64,000 nucleotides of DNA. Source: Candidatus Latescibacterota bacterium. GTDB lineage: Bacteria; Latescibacterota; UBA2968; GCA-2709665. A program made the translations under genes and the position numbers. Position 1 is the stretch's first letter. Each line of letters opens with the position of its first letter. Shown piece after piece: positions 17,932 through 27,096 of this stretch. The notes under the pieces are model-generated. The model saw only the letters and a program-made list of their open reading frames with translations. It was not told the origin of the DNA and made no database searches. The stretch lies in assembly GCA_965248435.1 (NCBI GenBank), contig OZ252100.1, positions 4,224,001 to 4,288,000 on the forward strand. Direction: 5' to 3'.

Positions 17932-18045
17932 ATGTCCGCAGGACTCTCCAAAGAAGATCTCGAGCTTCTTCGTAAGTACGACACCCCCATCGTCTGCAAC
18001 GCCATCGAGTGTTTTAAAGTCCGCCCGCAGAACACCGGCTGCTAA
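17932..18045 (+). pseudogene. N-terminal fragment of an RraA/HMG-aldolase family gene
   Basis: AAAGGAG RBS, then MSAGLSKEDLELLRKYDTPIVCNAIECFKVRPQNTGC*; DTPxVCNAIE resembles the RraA-like N-terminus. Confidence 0.6.
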
Positions 18046-18053
18046 GGAAAGGA

Positions 18054-18157
18054 GAATGTCGAATATCGAATATTGAATGTAGAAGGATGGCTCTGGCACA
18101 GCAGCCAGGGCTTTTTCCTTCATCATTCGACATTCTGCGGTTCGACATTCATTATTC
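18054..18157. repeat. Palindromic heptamer-repeat intergenic element
   Basis: GAATGTC GAATATC GAATATT GAATGTA GAAGG, then a complementary arm CCTTC...ATTCGACATTC...TTCGACATTCATTATTC. Confidence 0.65.
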
Positions 18158-18321
18158 GTGGTTATCTGCGCCTCTGCGGTGAACCTTGGTTTGCGATCCA
18201 CGATCCACGGATTCAATGCGTTTCGATATTCACTATCTGTTTTCCTCACCTAGCTAGGTTACTTACACCGTAATGTCCTGAAACTTTACCGTCAGACATA
18301 GCCTGCGCTCCACCGGAAATG

Positions 18322-19173
18322 TCAGTTTGAATCAGGCCGCGAGAGGTCCAAGTAGATCGGTCTGCGGTCAATGAAGACGACCTGGGACTCGATGCCGCAC
18401 TGTGCGGCGGATTCCGAGACTTCGGCGAAATGGCTGCCGATGTGCTTGCTTTGATGGGCGTCGCTGCCAAAGCTGATCTGTTTACCTCCCAGCTCGGCAT
18501 ACCGCTTGACTGCCCAGTCTGCCGGCATCGGCTCGCCGACAGAGTCCCGCATCGTGCTGGTGTTTACCTCGGGAACGAGCTCGGCTGCGATGGCTGTTCG
18601 CCAGATCTCATCAAGGATGTCACTGTATGAGATGATGTCGAATTCTCGGCAGTACCTCTGGCTGTAGCGCTTTACCAGGTCGACGTGGGAGAGAATGTCG
18701 AAGGTGCGGGATCCCGCTCTCTTGTGCTCCAGGCACACCTTTGCTGCCTCCAGGACTGTGGCAAAGTAGATCTCCGTTTCACGCCGCCAATCTAGGTTCG
18801 CCCAGTGCTCCGGTTTGTACTTGGGCTTGCCGTCCCACCAGTGGATACTCAATAAGACGACATCGAAACTGTGCGCGTCGAGGTAGCTCAGGATGTTATC
18901 GATCTGCTCCGGCTGGTAGTCGACCTCGATGCCCAATCCAACACGCAGGTGGTCACCGAACTGCTCACGGAGCTGATCAACCGTCTCAGAAATGGCATCG
19001 TAATCCCATCGGGAGATCTTCCACTCACTCGGATGAGTGTCGAAATGCTCCGTGAAGGTGAGCCCGCTCAGGCCGTTCGCTATTGCCTGTCGGCAGTTCT
19101 CAGCCGGGTCCGCCTTCGAGTCGATGGAGTGCCTTGAGTGCAGATGCTGGTCGTGGAGCGCACTTCGAGCCAT
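18322..19173 (-). CDS. PHP-domain histidinol-phosphatase (HisJ/HisK) family protein
   Basis: DQHLHS, TEH, GIEVD, HVD, EVNTS, GSDAH. Confidence 0.88.
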   Translation of the reverse strand: MARSALHDQHLHSRHSIDSKADPAENCRQAIANGLSGLTFTEHFDTHPSEWKISRWDYDAISETVDQLREQFGDHLRVGLGIEVDYQPEQIDNILSYLDAHSFDVVLLSIHWWDGKPKYKPEHWANLDWRRETEIYFATVLEAAKVCLEHKRAGSRTFDILSHVDLVKRYSQRYCREFDIISYSDILDEIWRTAIAAELVPEVNTSTMRDSVGEPMPADWAVKRYAELGGKQISFGSDAHQSKHIGSHFAEVSESAAQCGIESQVVFIDRRPIYLDLSRPDSN

Positions 19174-19189
19174 GAGTTTCTTCCCGGGA

Positions 19190-19696
19190 CTAAAGCTTCA
19201 ATTGGGTGTATTCGACATCCAACCAGCGCCCGAATTTGTAGCCGACTTCCTTCAGGCAGCCTACGCGCTCGAATCCCAGGGTCTCTTGAAGCGCCAGGCT
19301 CGCAGGGTGTTCCGTACACGCGCCGCCGAGGATCGTGTGATGGCCAATCTCTCTTGCACGGTTTATGAGGTCGACGAGAATCTCCCGCCCGATCCCCTTT
19401 CGGTGAGACTCGTGATGTACGTAGACCGAGGCCTCGACCGAATGCACGTAGGCACGACGCGACTTCCACGGCGACAGCGCACCCCATCCTGCGACATTTC
19501 CATCCAGCTCGGCAACTAACACCGGGTGGGTACTCGATCTTTCGCTGAACCATTGGCCGAATTCTTGTTCCGTCTTTTGCTCGAGGTCAAATGTGCAGGT
19601 CGAGTTGAAAATGTAATAGTTATAGATGTCACCTATCGCAGGAAGATCATCGATTGTCGCGTGTCTAACGCTCACTTCAGGTTTGGTGCTTTTCAT
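19190..19696 (-). CDS. GNAT acetyltransferase, phosphinothricin acetyltransferase-like
   Basis: IYNYYI...TF, SVYV, RKGIG, VGYKFGRWLD. Confidence 0.9.
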   Translation of the reverse strand: MKSTKPEVSVRHATIDDLPAIGDIYNYYIFNSTCTFDLEQKTEQEFGQWFSERSSTHPVLVAELDGNVAGWGALSPWKSRRAYVHSVEASVYVHHESHRKGIGREILVDLINRAREIGHHTILGGACTEHPASLALQETLGFERVGCLKEVGYKFGRWLDVEYTQLKL

Positions 19697-19756
19697 TGTT
19701 AAGTCACTGATTTCCAGGTAAGGGTGGTACGAAGGATTGGGACCTCAGGAATATAC

Positions 19757-19783
19757 AAAAAAAGCCTCCCTGAGAGGGAGGCT
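19757..19783 (-). terminator. Intrinsic terminator
   Basis: AGCCTCCCT/AGGGAGGCT stem with an A7 run on the + strand. Confidence 0.75.
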
Positions 19784-19808
19784 GTGAGCTCAGGACAGTT
19801 TGGACAAC

Positions 19809-20624
19809 TCAGCCTCCCTTTTCTGCGATGAGCATCAGGCCGTTCGGCAGCTTAGAAACAATCTCTGGCAGGTCACAATTTTCCTCGTGTGAGCCCCACG
19901 ATTCGAACTCATCCATCTCCTTGATGCAGAATCCGGCCTGTGCGATCGCATTCACGACATCGGCAAGCGGATGGAAGAACTCGACGATCTCCGGACCCTG
20001 CCAGCCACCGTACCTGTTGGCCATCGGGGTTCCGTCGAACGGGTAGTACTCGGGCGAGCGATCAAAGTAGCTTCGCTGAATGGTGATCACGCCGCTCCGT
20101 TCTTCGAGGCATTCCGAGACCGGATTGCCGTGTGTCACGACAAGCCTCCCGCCCGGCTTCAGGACCCGGTGCCAGGATTTGCAACACAGAAAGAGGTCCT
20201 CGAACCAGCAGATATATGTGGCGACGACCAGATCGAACTGTCCGTCTGGAATCGGAGCGAGCGTCTGTGCGTCTGCGACCTGAAACTCGACCCGAGAGCC
20301 GATCCTTTCCGCGTTTTCTCTGGCGATCTGGATGGCGACCGGACTGAGGTCTGTCGCGACCACGTTGGCCCCCAAGTTCTCATAGGAGAACGCCTGTTTC
20401 GCGTCACCAGCGCAACAGATATCCAGGAGATTCAGGCCCTTGACGTCGCCGATCCGCTTGAGGAAGCCTTCGTCCAGGTCCACTCCGTCGTTGGCGAAGA
20501 AGGTGTGGAAGTCAGGTCGGTCATTGAGATTGAATTCCATGTAGGCGGGATGGTAGGCATCCCAGGCCTCCCTGAGCATCTTCAGGTGTCGGCTTTTCGC
20601 GTCCTTTTGGTTTTTCTCAGACAT
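19809..20624 (-). CDS. Class I SAM-dependent methyltransferase
   Basis: LLDICCAG, DLS, FDLVV, LKPGG; start placed at MSEK. Confidence 0.85.
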   Translation of the reverse strand: MSEKNQKDAKSRHLKMLREAWDAYHPAYMEFNLNDRPDFHTFFANDGVDLDEGFLKRIGDVKGLNLLDICCAGDAKQAFSYENLGANVVATDLSPVAIQIARENAERIGSRVEFQVADAQTLAPIPDGQFDLVVATYICWFEDLFLCCKSWHRVLKPGGRLVVTHGNPVSECLEERSGVITIQRSYFDRSPEYYPFDGTPMANRYGGWQGPEIVEFFHPLADVVNAIAQAGFCIKEMDEFESWGSHEENCDLPEIVSKLPNGLMLIAEKGG

Positions 20625-20788
20625 TGTATGCCTCGGGAAGGGTGAGTTGGTCGGGAGTTTTCGCCCGTCGTTTCGGAAAGAACCAATCGACATCCGTCAA
20701 TTTCTTGGTTACCTTTCTGCGGGGAAGTTTTACGGTTCCAGGCCGGAATCAAACATTTGTGCAGATTGTTATCTCGGAGGAACCTGAG

Positions 20789-21160
20789 ATGCCAAAGTAT
20801 CCAAAAGGCTATCCAGAAATCGAGCAGGTGATTCAGTGCGGGCCCGTTGTCCAAGTGAGAGATCCTCAGGAGACGGCTCGCTATTACCGAGACATATTGG
20901 GATTCGAGTATGACTTTGGTGGCGAACGTTACGCTGTTGTGTGGAGAGACAACGCGGCCGTCCACTTTGCGAAGAGCGATCAGCCTGCCTCTGGTGTAAA
21001 ACTCTTCCTCTGGGTCAAGGATGCGGATGAAGTCTACGAAGAGTTCAGGAGCAAAGGCGCTCAGATAAAAGTCGAGATAGGCGACAGAGAATATGGAGTC
21101 AGAGACTTTGGCGTCGAAGACCTCAACGGTCTGGAGGTCGTGATCGGACAGGACATCTGA
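20789..21160 (+). CDS. VOC/glyoxalase/bleomycin-resistance family protein
   Basis: GGAGG RBS; YYRDILGF; YGVRDFGVEDLNG. Confidence 0.88.
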   Translation: MPKYPKGYPEIEQVIQCGPVVQVRDPQETARYYRDILGFEYDFGGERYAVVWRDNAAVHFAKSDQPASGVKLFLWVKDADEVYEEFRSKGAQIKVEIGDREYGVRDFGVEDLNGLEVVIGQDI

Positions 21161-21185
21161 GCCTGGATTTCAGCGAGTCTGCACG

Positions 21186-21226
21186 AACGGAGAGGGTGGT
21201 CATCAGTCGGCCCTCTCCGTTTTTTT
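21186..21226. terminator. Intrinsic terminator
   Basis: AACGGAGAGGG/CCCTCTCCGTT stem followed by a T run. Confidence 0.75.
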
Positions 21227-21238
21227 ATTCACAACAGG

Positions 21239-21658
21239 CTACTGAACATTCATCACACAGAGTATTGCCTCGCCCTCTTCATAGAAATCCTTTAGCACCG
21301 CCTCTTCACGGAAGCCGCGTGCGCCGTAGAAGGCGCGAGCGTCCCCGTTTCGTCCTTCGGTGAGAAGCCAGACGTGATGGAGTGGATGCTTGTGGTGAAG
21401 ATGATGCCTGAAGTACTCACGCATGTCTTCGAGTCCCTCGTTCAGCAACCTCGTCCCCCATCCCTGCCTTCGATCGTCTTTATTGAGTATACCGAATTCG
21501 CAGATCTCCACGGTGTGATCGGAGGCAATACGCCAGACGAGCTCGCCTCGATCCTTTCCATTCTCGTCGACAAGCAAGACGGCTCTCTGCCCGTCGATCT
21601 TGTCTTTGTATTCTTCCCTAAGACTATGGAACGGAATCACTCTTGTATGGAGATTCAT
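21239..21658 (-). CDS. GNAT acetyltransferase
   Basis: RRQGWGTRLL acetyl-CoA motif, ARAFY..RGF; GGAGAGG RBS. Confidence 0.82.
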   Translation of the reverse strand: MNLHTRVIPFHSLREEYKDKIDGQRAVLLVDENGKDRGELVWRIASDHTVEICEFGILNKDDRRQGWGTRLLNEGLEDMREYFRHHLHHKHPLHHVWLLTEGRNGDARAFYGARGFREEAVLKDFYEEGEAILCVMNVQ

Positions 21659-21686
21659 TGCCTCTCCGCAATTCACGCGAGAGCTG

Positions 21687-22535
21687 CTACGTCTGGAGAT
21701 AGATGAGGTCGCCCTCTTCGACGAGGTGATGGAGACTGACGACCTGACCGGGCTGTACGACTGAGTTTCCCCACACTCTGGCCGATTTTAGGGGTGCGTC
21801 TCTCAGCAAGGTCGATTCGGCCGCAATCTCCTCCACCGAACTCGCTCGGGGCTTGAGGTGCGGTGTCCGTTCGGCATCGGTCGCTGGTTTCTCGGCAATG
21901 TAGACACGAATGAGCCCGAGCAGCTCCAGCAAGGCTCCGAGGACCTGTTCAGACTGCGCTTCGCCGAAAAAATCCGTCTGCAGTATCCGATAGTCCGGGT
22001 AGGCGACACGGAGGGATTCTGTCCTGGCTTCCGCAAGGGCGACATCGCGCTTATTCGCGAGGATGATCGCTGGAATAAGCTTCTTGTGCTCGATGTGTGC
22101 ACGGACCTCGTTCTCGCGAAATCCGGATCGGATGACCACCTCGGCGTGTTGGACGCCGGCGTCTGCAAGGATCTTGCTCGCCGTGTTCTGGTCTGCGCGC
22201 GGGATCTCCAACCCGGTGAACCGGATGCCGCCCCGTCCCTTCGGGCGGATCGTGGTCGCCAGAGGACCGGGTATGGGCTCGATGTGAGCGGCGGACAGCT
22301 CGTCGAGGACGGATTCCATCTGCGTGCGCGGGTCCTCCGACAAGTCCGTCACGATCACGACGGCGTCTGCAGATCCGATCAGGTGAAGCAGCGCCCGACC
22401 TGCGCCCTCGCCCTCGGAGAGCCCTGTTACGATCGGAGGGGTATCCACGAGCTGGATGGCGCCGCCCTCGCAGGCCAACATTCCGGGTACCGGCTGCTGC
22501 GTAGCGAAGGGGTAATCGGCGATAACTGTCGGCGC
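21687..22535 (-). pseudogene. 5'-truncated DRG/Obg-family GTPase with TGS-like tail
   Basis: Frame reads APTVIADYPFAT (G2), DTPP (G3-like) and NKRD (G4); the P-loop is missing and replaced by phage DNA. Confidence 0.8.
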
Positions 22536-22536
22536 T

Positions 22537-22881
22537 TTCCTTTTACGTGAGCAGATTAAAAGGAAAATATATTCCCGTAGGATGCAATTCTCCAGTAAAA
22601 CCGAACATTCCGAGCGGGCGCGTTCGATTCAGGCACGGATAGCTATGCTGGGACTGTGGTTGCCATATGGCGCTCTGTGGGCCAACGATATTGAAACCGA
22701 GCTCCTCAAGTTCCCCACGGGCCGGCATGACGATATAGTAGACACCCTATCCCTTATAGGACGGATGATCGCAGGCCTCGAGAAGGGCAAAGAGCCGAGT
22801 TGGGCTGAGCCTCAATTATCCGGGGAGATGACACTGAATGAGCTGGTCGCTGCAGAAGAGCGCAGCCAAAGGATTTTATGA
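22537..22881 (+). pseudogene. C-terminal fragment of phage terminase large subunit
   Basis: In-frame FLLREQIKRKIY...RARSIQAR...ELLKFPTGRHDDIVDTLS nuclease-domain motif; ATPase domain absent. Confidence 0.85.
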
Positions 22882-24959
22882 TGGTGAATGAACGCACGCA
22901 TACGCATTGGTTATCCGAAATCGAGCGCTACAACCGTGCGTCTAAAAAATGGCGAGGGGACGCAAAGAAAACAGTCGATCGGTACCGCCTCGAACGTTCG
23001 AATATTCAGGGGTCACGGCGTGCGCGACCTACGTTTAACATCCTTTGGAGTAACGTGCAGACGCTGAAACCTGCAATGTTCTCGAGGACACCAGAGATAA
23101 TAGCAGAGCGCAGGCATAGAGATAAAGACCCGGTTGGAAGGATTACAGCTGAAGTTCTCGAACGCGCCGCAAACGAGGAAATCGAGCGAAACGGTTTCAA
23201 GGATACAATGGACCAGGTCGTACTGGATGTGTTGCTTGTTGGGCGTGGCGTGCCCTGGGTTCGCTTTGAAGCAGACCCTCTGACTCCTATGGATGTTACT
23301 ATACGGGAAGGGGACGAGGACTACTATACCGAAGACGGAGAGACGGCCGATCGTTCGCAGGTTTCTAAGGTAAACGGGCGGATGGTCTGGAATCGGGACG
23401 GAATGACTAATGAACGTACGATGTTGGACTATGTGCACTGGGACGACTTCGCTCATTCGCCAGAGAGGAATTGGGCAGATGTGGAGCGACGCGGTTGGGT
23501 CGCCCGACGCATCGCCTTGACAAAAAAGGAAGGGATAAAGCGTTTCGGTCAAAAATTCAAGGATGTTCCGTTAACGATGTCTACCCGTACGTCGGAGACC
23601 CTTCAGCAGAGTGAGAGATCGGGAGGGAAAGATCTCTATGCCAACGTGTGGGAGATATGGGATGTTGTCAATAGGAAACGAATTTTTGTAGCTACGGATT
23701 TCTCGGATATAATCGAGGAAGAAGACGACCCATACGGGCTCGAAGGATTCTTCCCTTGCACCAGACCCGCTTACGCGACACTCACGAATGAAGATCTTTT
23801 CCCCATACCCGATTATTTGCAGTATCTCGATCTTGCGGAGGAGCTGGATCAGCTCAGCTGGCGTATTCGGAAATTGACCGAAGCGTTGCGTCTGGTAGGT
23901 CTCTACGATGCCTCGGCGGAGGGGCTGGGTAAAGCGCTTGATTCTGGTACTGATGGGAAGATGGTTGCGGTATCTAATTTTTCATCGCTGGTGGGCAAGT
24001 CCGCCTCTGCCGGCGGAGGCCTCAATGGGGTCGTACAGTGGATCCCAATGGGACAGGTAATAGAGACCCTGCTGGGTCTCTATTCTGCACGGGACCAGGC
24101 AAAGGACGTGCTGTACGAGGTGAGCGGTATATCGGATATCGTGCGCGGTCAAGTGGACCCCCGGGAAAAGGCCACAACATCGAGAATAAAGGCTCAGTTC
24201 AGCTCTCAGCGCCTTGAACAGCGACGCCGTGCCGTAGAACGTACTGCGCGAGACGCCGCACGCATACAGGTCGAAATAATAGCAGAACTTTATGACCCGG
24301 CAACTATCCGAGAACAAAGTGGGTTTGATTTCCTGCCCGAGATCGAGAATCTGAAAGATGACGAAGCGGCGCGAACGGAAATATGGGAACAGGTGGCGGC
24401 TTTGATAAGGTCGGACAAAGCTCGAGGATTCAGGGTGGATTTTGAAACCGATAGCACCGTAGAAATGGACGCTGGGCAGACACAAGGGGCACGCACCGAG
24501 TTCCTGCAGTCTGCGGGAAACTTCCTCAATAACGCGCTGCCCGTGATGCAAGCGGCGCCGGACCTAGTGCCTGTGATGGGAGAGATGCTCCTGTTTACCG
24601 TCCGGGGATACCGTGCCGGACGCACTCTGGAAACATCCTTTGAGGAGGCGGTGCAGACTCTAACACAGCGCCTTGAACAGGAGCAGCAGGCGCAAGAGCA
24701 ACAGGCTCAGGAGCCACCGCAACCCGATCCCGAAGCGCAGGCACAGGCCGCACGTATCCAACAGCAGACCGAGATAGAAGGCGCTAAGGGGCAGGCGCAA
24801 ATCCAACGTACGCAACAGCAGGCACAGATCGAGGGAGAGAAGGGACAAATCGAAATAGCTAAATCAGAAGCAGAGCTAGAAGCGATCATCCACCATCTCC
24901 GGTTGGAAAATGCAGAGCTACAAGTTAAGCTACAACAGGCTGCCTCAGTTGAGGTATAG
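22878..24959 (+). CDS. Phage portal protein (podovirus-like, Q-rich tail)
   Basis: Overlaps terminase stop (ATGA); 693 aa; FNILWSNVQTL, FFPC, YEVSGISDIVRG. Confidence 0.75.
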   Translation: MMVNERTHTHWLSEIERYNRASKKWRGDAKKTVDRYRLERSNIQGSRRARPTFNILWSNVQTLKPAMFSRTPEIIAERRHRDKDPVGRITAEVLERAANEEIERNGFKDTMDQVVLDVLLVGRGVPWVRFEADPLTPMDVTIREGDEDYYTEDGETADRSQVSKVNGRMVWNRDGMTNERTMLDYVHWDDFAHSPERNWADVERRGWVARRIALTKKEGIKRFGQKFKDVPLTMSTRTSETLQQSERSGGKDLYANVWEIWDVVNRKRIFVATDFSDIIEEEDDPYGLEGFFPCTRPAYATLTNEDLFPIPDYLQYLDLAEELDQLSWRIRKLTEALRLVGLYDASAEGLGKALDSGTDGKMVAVSNFSSLVGKSASAGGGLNGVVQWIPMGQVIETLLGLYSARDQAKDVLYEVSGISDIVRGQVDPREKATTSRIKAQFSSQRLEQRRRAVERTARDAARIQVEIIAELYDPATIREQSGFDFLPEIENLKDDEAARTEIWEQVAALIRSDKARGFRVDFETDSTVEMDAGQTQGARTEFLQSAGNFLNNALPVMQAAPDLVPVMGEMLLFTVRGYRAGRTLETSFEEAVQTLTQRLEQEQQAQEQQAQEPPQPDPEAQAQAARIQQQTEIEGAKGQAQIQRTQQQAQIEGEKGQIEIAKSEAELEAIIHHLRLENAELQVKLQQAASVEV

Positions 24960-25204
24960 TCTCGAGTACCATTCTTCGGTCGTAGAACTTCCCGCCGGGC
25001 CGTCTGAGGTCAGTTGAGGTATAGTCTCGAGTACCATTCTTCGGTCGTAGAACTTCCCGCCGGGCCGTCTGAGGTCAGTTGAGGTATAGTCTCGAGTACC
25101 ATTCTTCGATCGTAGAACTTCCCGCCGGGCCGTCTGAGGTCAGTTGAGGTATAGTCTCGAGTACCATTCTTCGGTCGTAGAACTTCCCGCCGGGCCGTCT
25201 GAGG
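24945..25204. repeat. Tandem repeat, 4 x 65 bp
   Basis: Units start at 24945, 25010, 25075 and 25140; one substitution (25109) in unit 3. Confidence 0.97.
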
Positions 25205-25284
25205 GGGGAGTTTGATCGGTTCGACCTGGAAGAAACGGCGATTATGCACTTGACAATACCACACATTTTAAAGGAGCTAGATTT

Positions 25285-25587
25285 ATGAGTGTGCGTGGTA
25301 AGTGGGTTCTGGACGAGCAATCGGGAAAGCTTGTCCCCGAGGCTGAGTACTGCGGGCGGGTCACCCGGGAGAAGGGCCCTATGGTTATCAATGATATATC
25401 AGAAGCGTTTGTAAGCCCCGTAGATGGGTCTGTGATCTCGAGTCGCCGGGAGCTCCGAGAGCATAATCGCAGGAATCAGGTGGCGGACGTCGGGAATGAT
25501 GCGGCGTTCAAAAATCCGAAACGCCGGGCCATTAAACACCAAAGTGCTGCTCGGGAGATGGCACGACTATGGAATAAAGAAAAATAG
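25285..25587 (+). CDS. Small phage protein downstream of portal
   Basis: AAGGAG RBS; SPVDGSVISSRRELREHNRRN motif of the kind seen in phage head modules. Confidence 0.65.
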   Translation: MSVRGKWVLDEQSGKLVPEAEYCGRVTREKGPMVINDISEAFVSPVDGSVISSRRELREHNRRNQVADVGNDAAFKNPKRRAIKHQSAAREMARLWNKEK

Positions 25588-25632
25588 TTTTCAGTCCGAG
25601 GATTCCACTATATTCCGGCATCACTTGGCAGG

Positions 25633-25908
25633 TTGGTTGAGAACAATATGGCAGCTCGGAAAAGGATGATGACCGTCCAGACTATCCGAGAAAGGATTAG
25701 AAAACTCCGAAAGGACCAAGGTCTGAGAGCTGTTGATATGGCAGAGGCCGTGGGCATCTCTAGACCTTTCTACACTCAAATAGAATCAGGCTCAAGACGG
25801 GTGTTGGTGATTTATCAAATGCAACCTGTGTGCCGGTGGGGAAAAGGCAATTGGGACCGCCTGGTCCTCGAATTGCCTGCCCCAATACGTTATAGGGAGA
25901 TGCCATGA
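25633..25908 (+). CDS. XRE-family HTH protein, probably degenerate at C-terminus
   Basis: IRKLRKDQGL...MAEAVGISRPFYTQIESGSR. Confidence 0.7.
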   Translation: MVENNMAARKRMMTVQTIRERIRKLRKDQGLRAVDMAEAVGISRPFYTQIESGSRRVLVIYQMQPVCRWGKGNWDRLVLELPAPIRYREMP

Positions 25909-27053
25909 GACGCGAGATCGAGAAACGAGTGAGGCGGCTGGAGGTCTTGGCGATAGTAGCCCTGGTTTCGTGGGCGGCGTTGGTCACTCTTGCGGCGAAG
26001 CCTTACGTGGCAACCTCGTCAATCATGGAAGAGAAGCCTTACGTGGCAACCTCGTCAATCATGGAGGAGAAACTTTACGAGATACTCAACCGACAGAAGC
26101 CTCCTCATCTCGCAAAGCAAGCATTCGGCGTGCTCCAGGCTGAGGAGTTACAAATTGTAAATAGCGTGGGGGATCTTATCGCTTTTATCGGAGCAGACGA
26201 GACCGGCAACGGGGCAATCATCCTTGTGGACAATAAGGGAACTGCTGTTTCTGCTCTTGTTACGAATGAGTTTGGAGATGGTCAATTGGCCGTGCTCAGC
26301 TCTGCAGGAAACCAATTGGCAGTAATGGGTTCGAATGAGGGTGGAGATGGTCAATTGACCGTGCTCAGCTCTGCAGGAAACCCATTGGCAGCAATGGGTT
26401 CGAATAAGGGTGGAGATGGTCAATTGACCGTGCTCAGCTCTGCAGGAAACCGATTGGCAGCAATGGGTTCGAATGAGCTTGGAGATGGTCAATTGACCGT
26501 GCTCAGCTCTGCAGGAAACCCATTGGCAGCAATGGGTTCGAATAAGCTTGGAGATGGTCAATTGACCGTGCTCAGCTCTGCAGGAAACCCATTGGCAGCA
26601 ATGGGCGGAGGAGATTATAGAGGAGGGTTAATAAGCGTCCACAATAAGAATGGCCAACTCGTATCACTTCTGGGTGCCGACGTTCCTGGAGATGGTCAAT
26701 TGACCTTGCTCAGCTCTGCAGGAAACCGATTGGCAGCAATGGGTTCCGGAGATTATAGAGGAGGGTTAATAAACGTCCACAATAAGAATGGCCAACTCGT
26801 ATCACTTCTGGGTGTCAACGTTCTTGGAGATGGTGCCGTTTTGAGTTATAATAGCGAGGGTAAGTTGATCTCGCTCATGAGCTCTGATGAAAACGGGAAC
26901 GGGTCCATGCAAACCTTCAACAATAATGGAACTCCGGTATGGACAGCCGGCGAAGGAACTACATCCTCATCAGGCATCCAAGGCGATTTCGATAACGACA
27001 GTGATGTGGATTTCTTTGATTTTCTAGTTTTTGCTACAAACTTTACGGGATAG
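25905..27053 (+). CDS. Membrane-anchored or exported repeat protein with C-terminal dockerin-like EF-hand
   Basis: N-terminal hydrophobic segment; 23-aa GDGQLTVLSSAGNxLAAMGSN repeats; ends GDFDNDSDVDFFDFLVFATNF. Confidence 0.75.
   Translation: MRREIEKRVRRLEVLAIVALVSWAALVTLAAKPYVATSSIMEEKPYVATSSIMEEKLYEILNRQKPPHLAKQAFGVLQAEELQIVNSVGDLIAFIGADETGNGAIILVDNKGTAVSALVTNEFGDGQLAVLSSAGNQLAVMGSNEGGDGQLTVLSSAGNPLAAMGSNKGGDGQLTVLSSAGNRLAAMGSNELGDGQLTVLSSAGNPLAAMGSNKLGDGQLTVLSSAGNPLAAMGGGDYRGGLISVHNKNGQLVSLLGADVPGDGQLTLLSSAGNRLAAMGSGDYRGGLINVHNKNGQLVSLLGVNVLGDGAVLSYNSEGKLISLMSSDENGNGSMQTFNNNGTPVWTAGEGTTSSSGIQGDFDNDSDVDFFDFLVFATNFTG
25998..26069 (+). repeat. In-frame tandem duplication, 2 x 36 bp
   Basis: Encodes KPYVATSSIMEE twice. 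Confidence 0.95.
26274..26834 (+). repeat. Coding tandem repeat with 69-bp unit and 138-bp higher-order unit
   Basis: GGAGATGGT at 26274, 26343, 26412, 26481, 26550, 26688 and 26826. Confidence 0.95.
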
Positions 27054-27096
27054 GGCTAGACAGAGAAGGAGACAGTTGAAAATGAGATCGCGCGTC

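Noticed and set aside
24945-25204. CRISPR array
   Set aside because: Whole 65-bp units are identical, so there are no unique spacers, and no cas genes are present in the window
22537-27053. Intact prophage or gene transfer agent
   Set aside because: Terminase is truncated; no capsid, tail, integrase, lysis genes or att repeats were recognised
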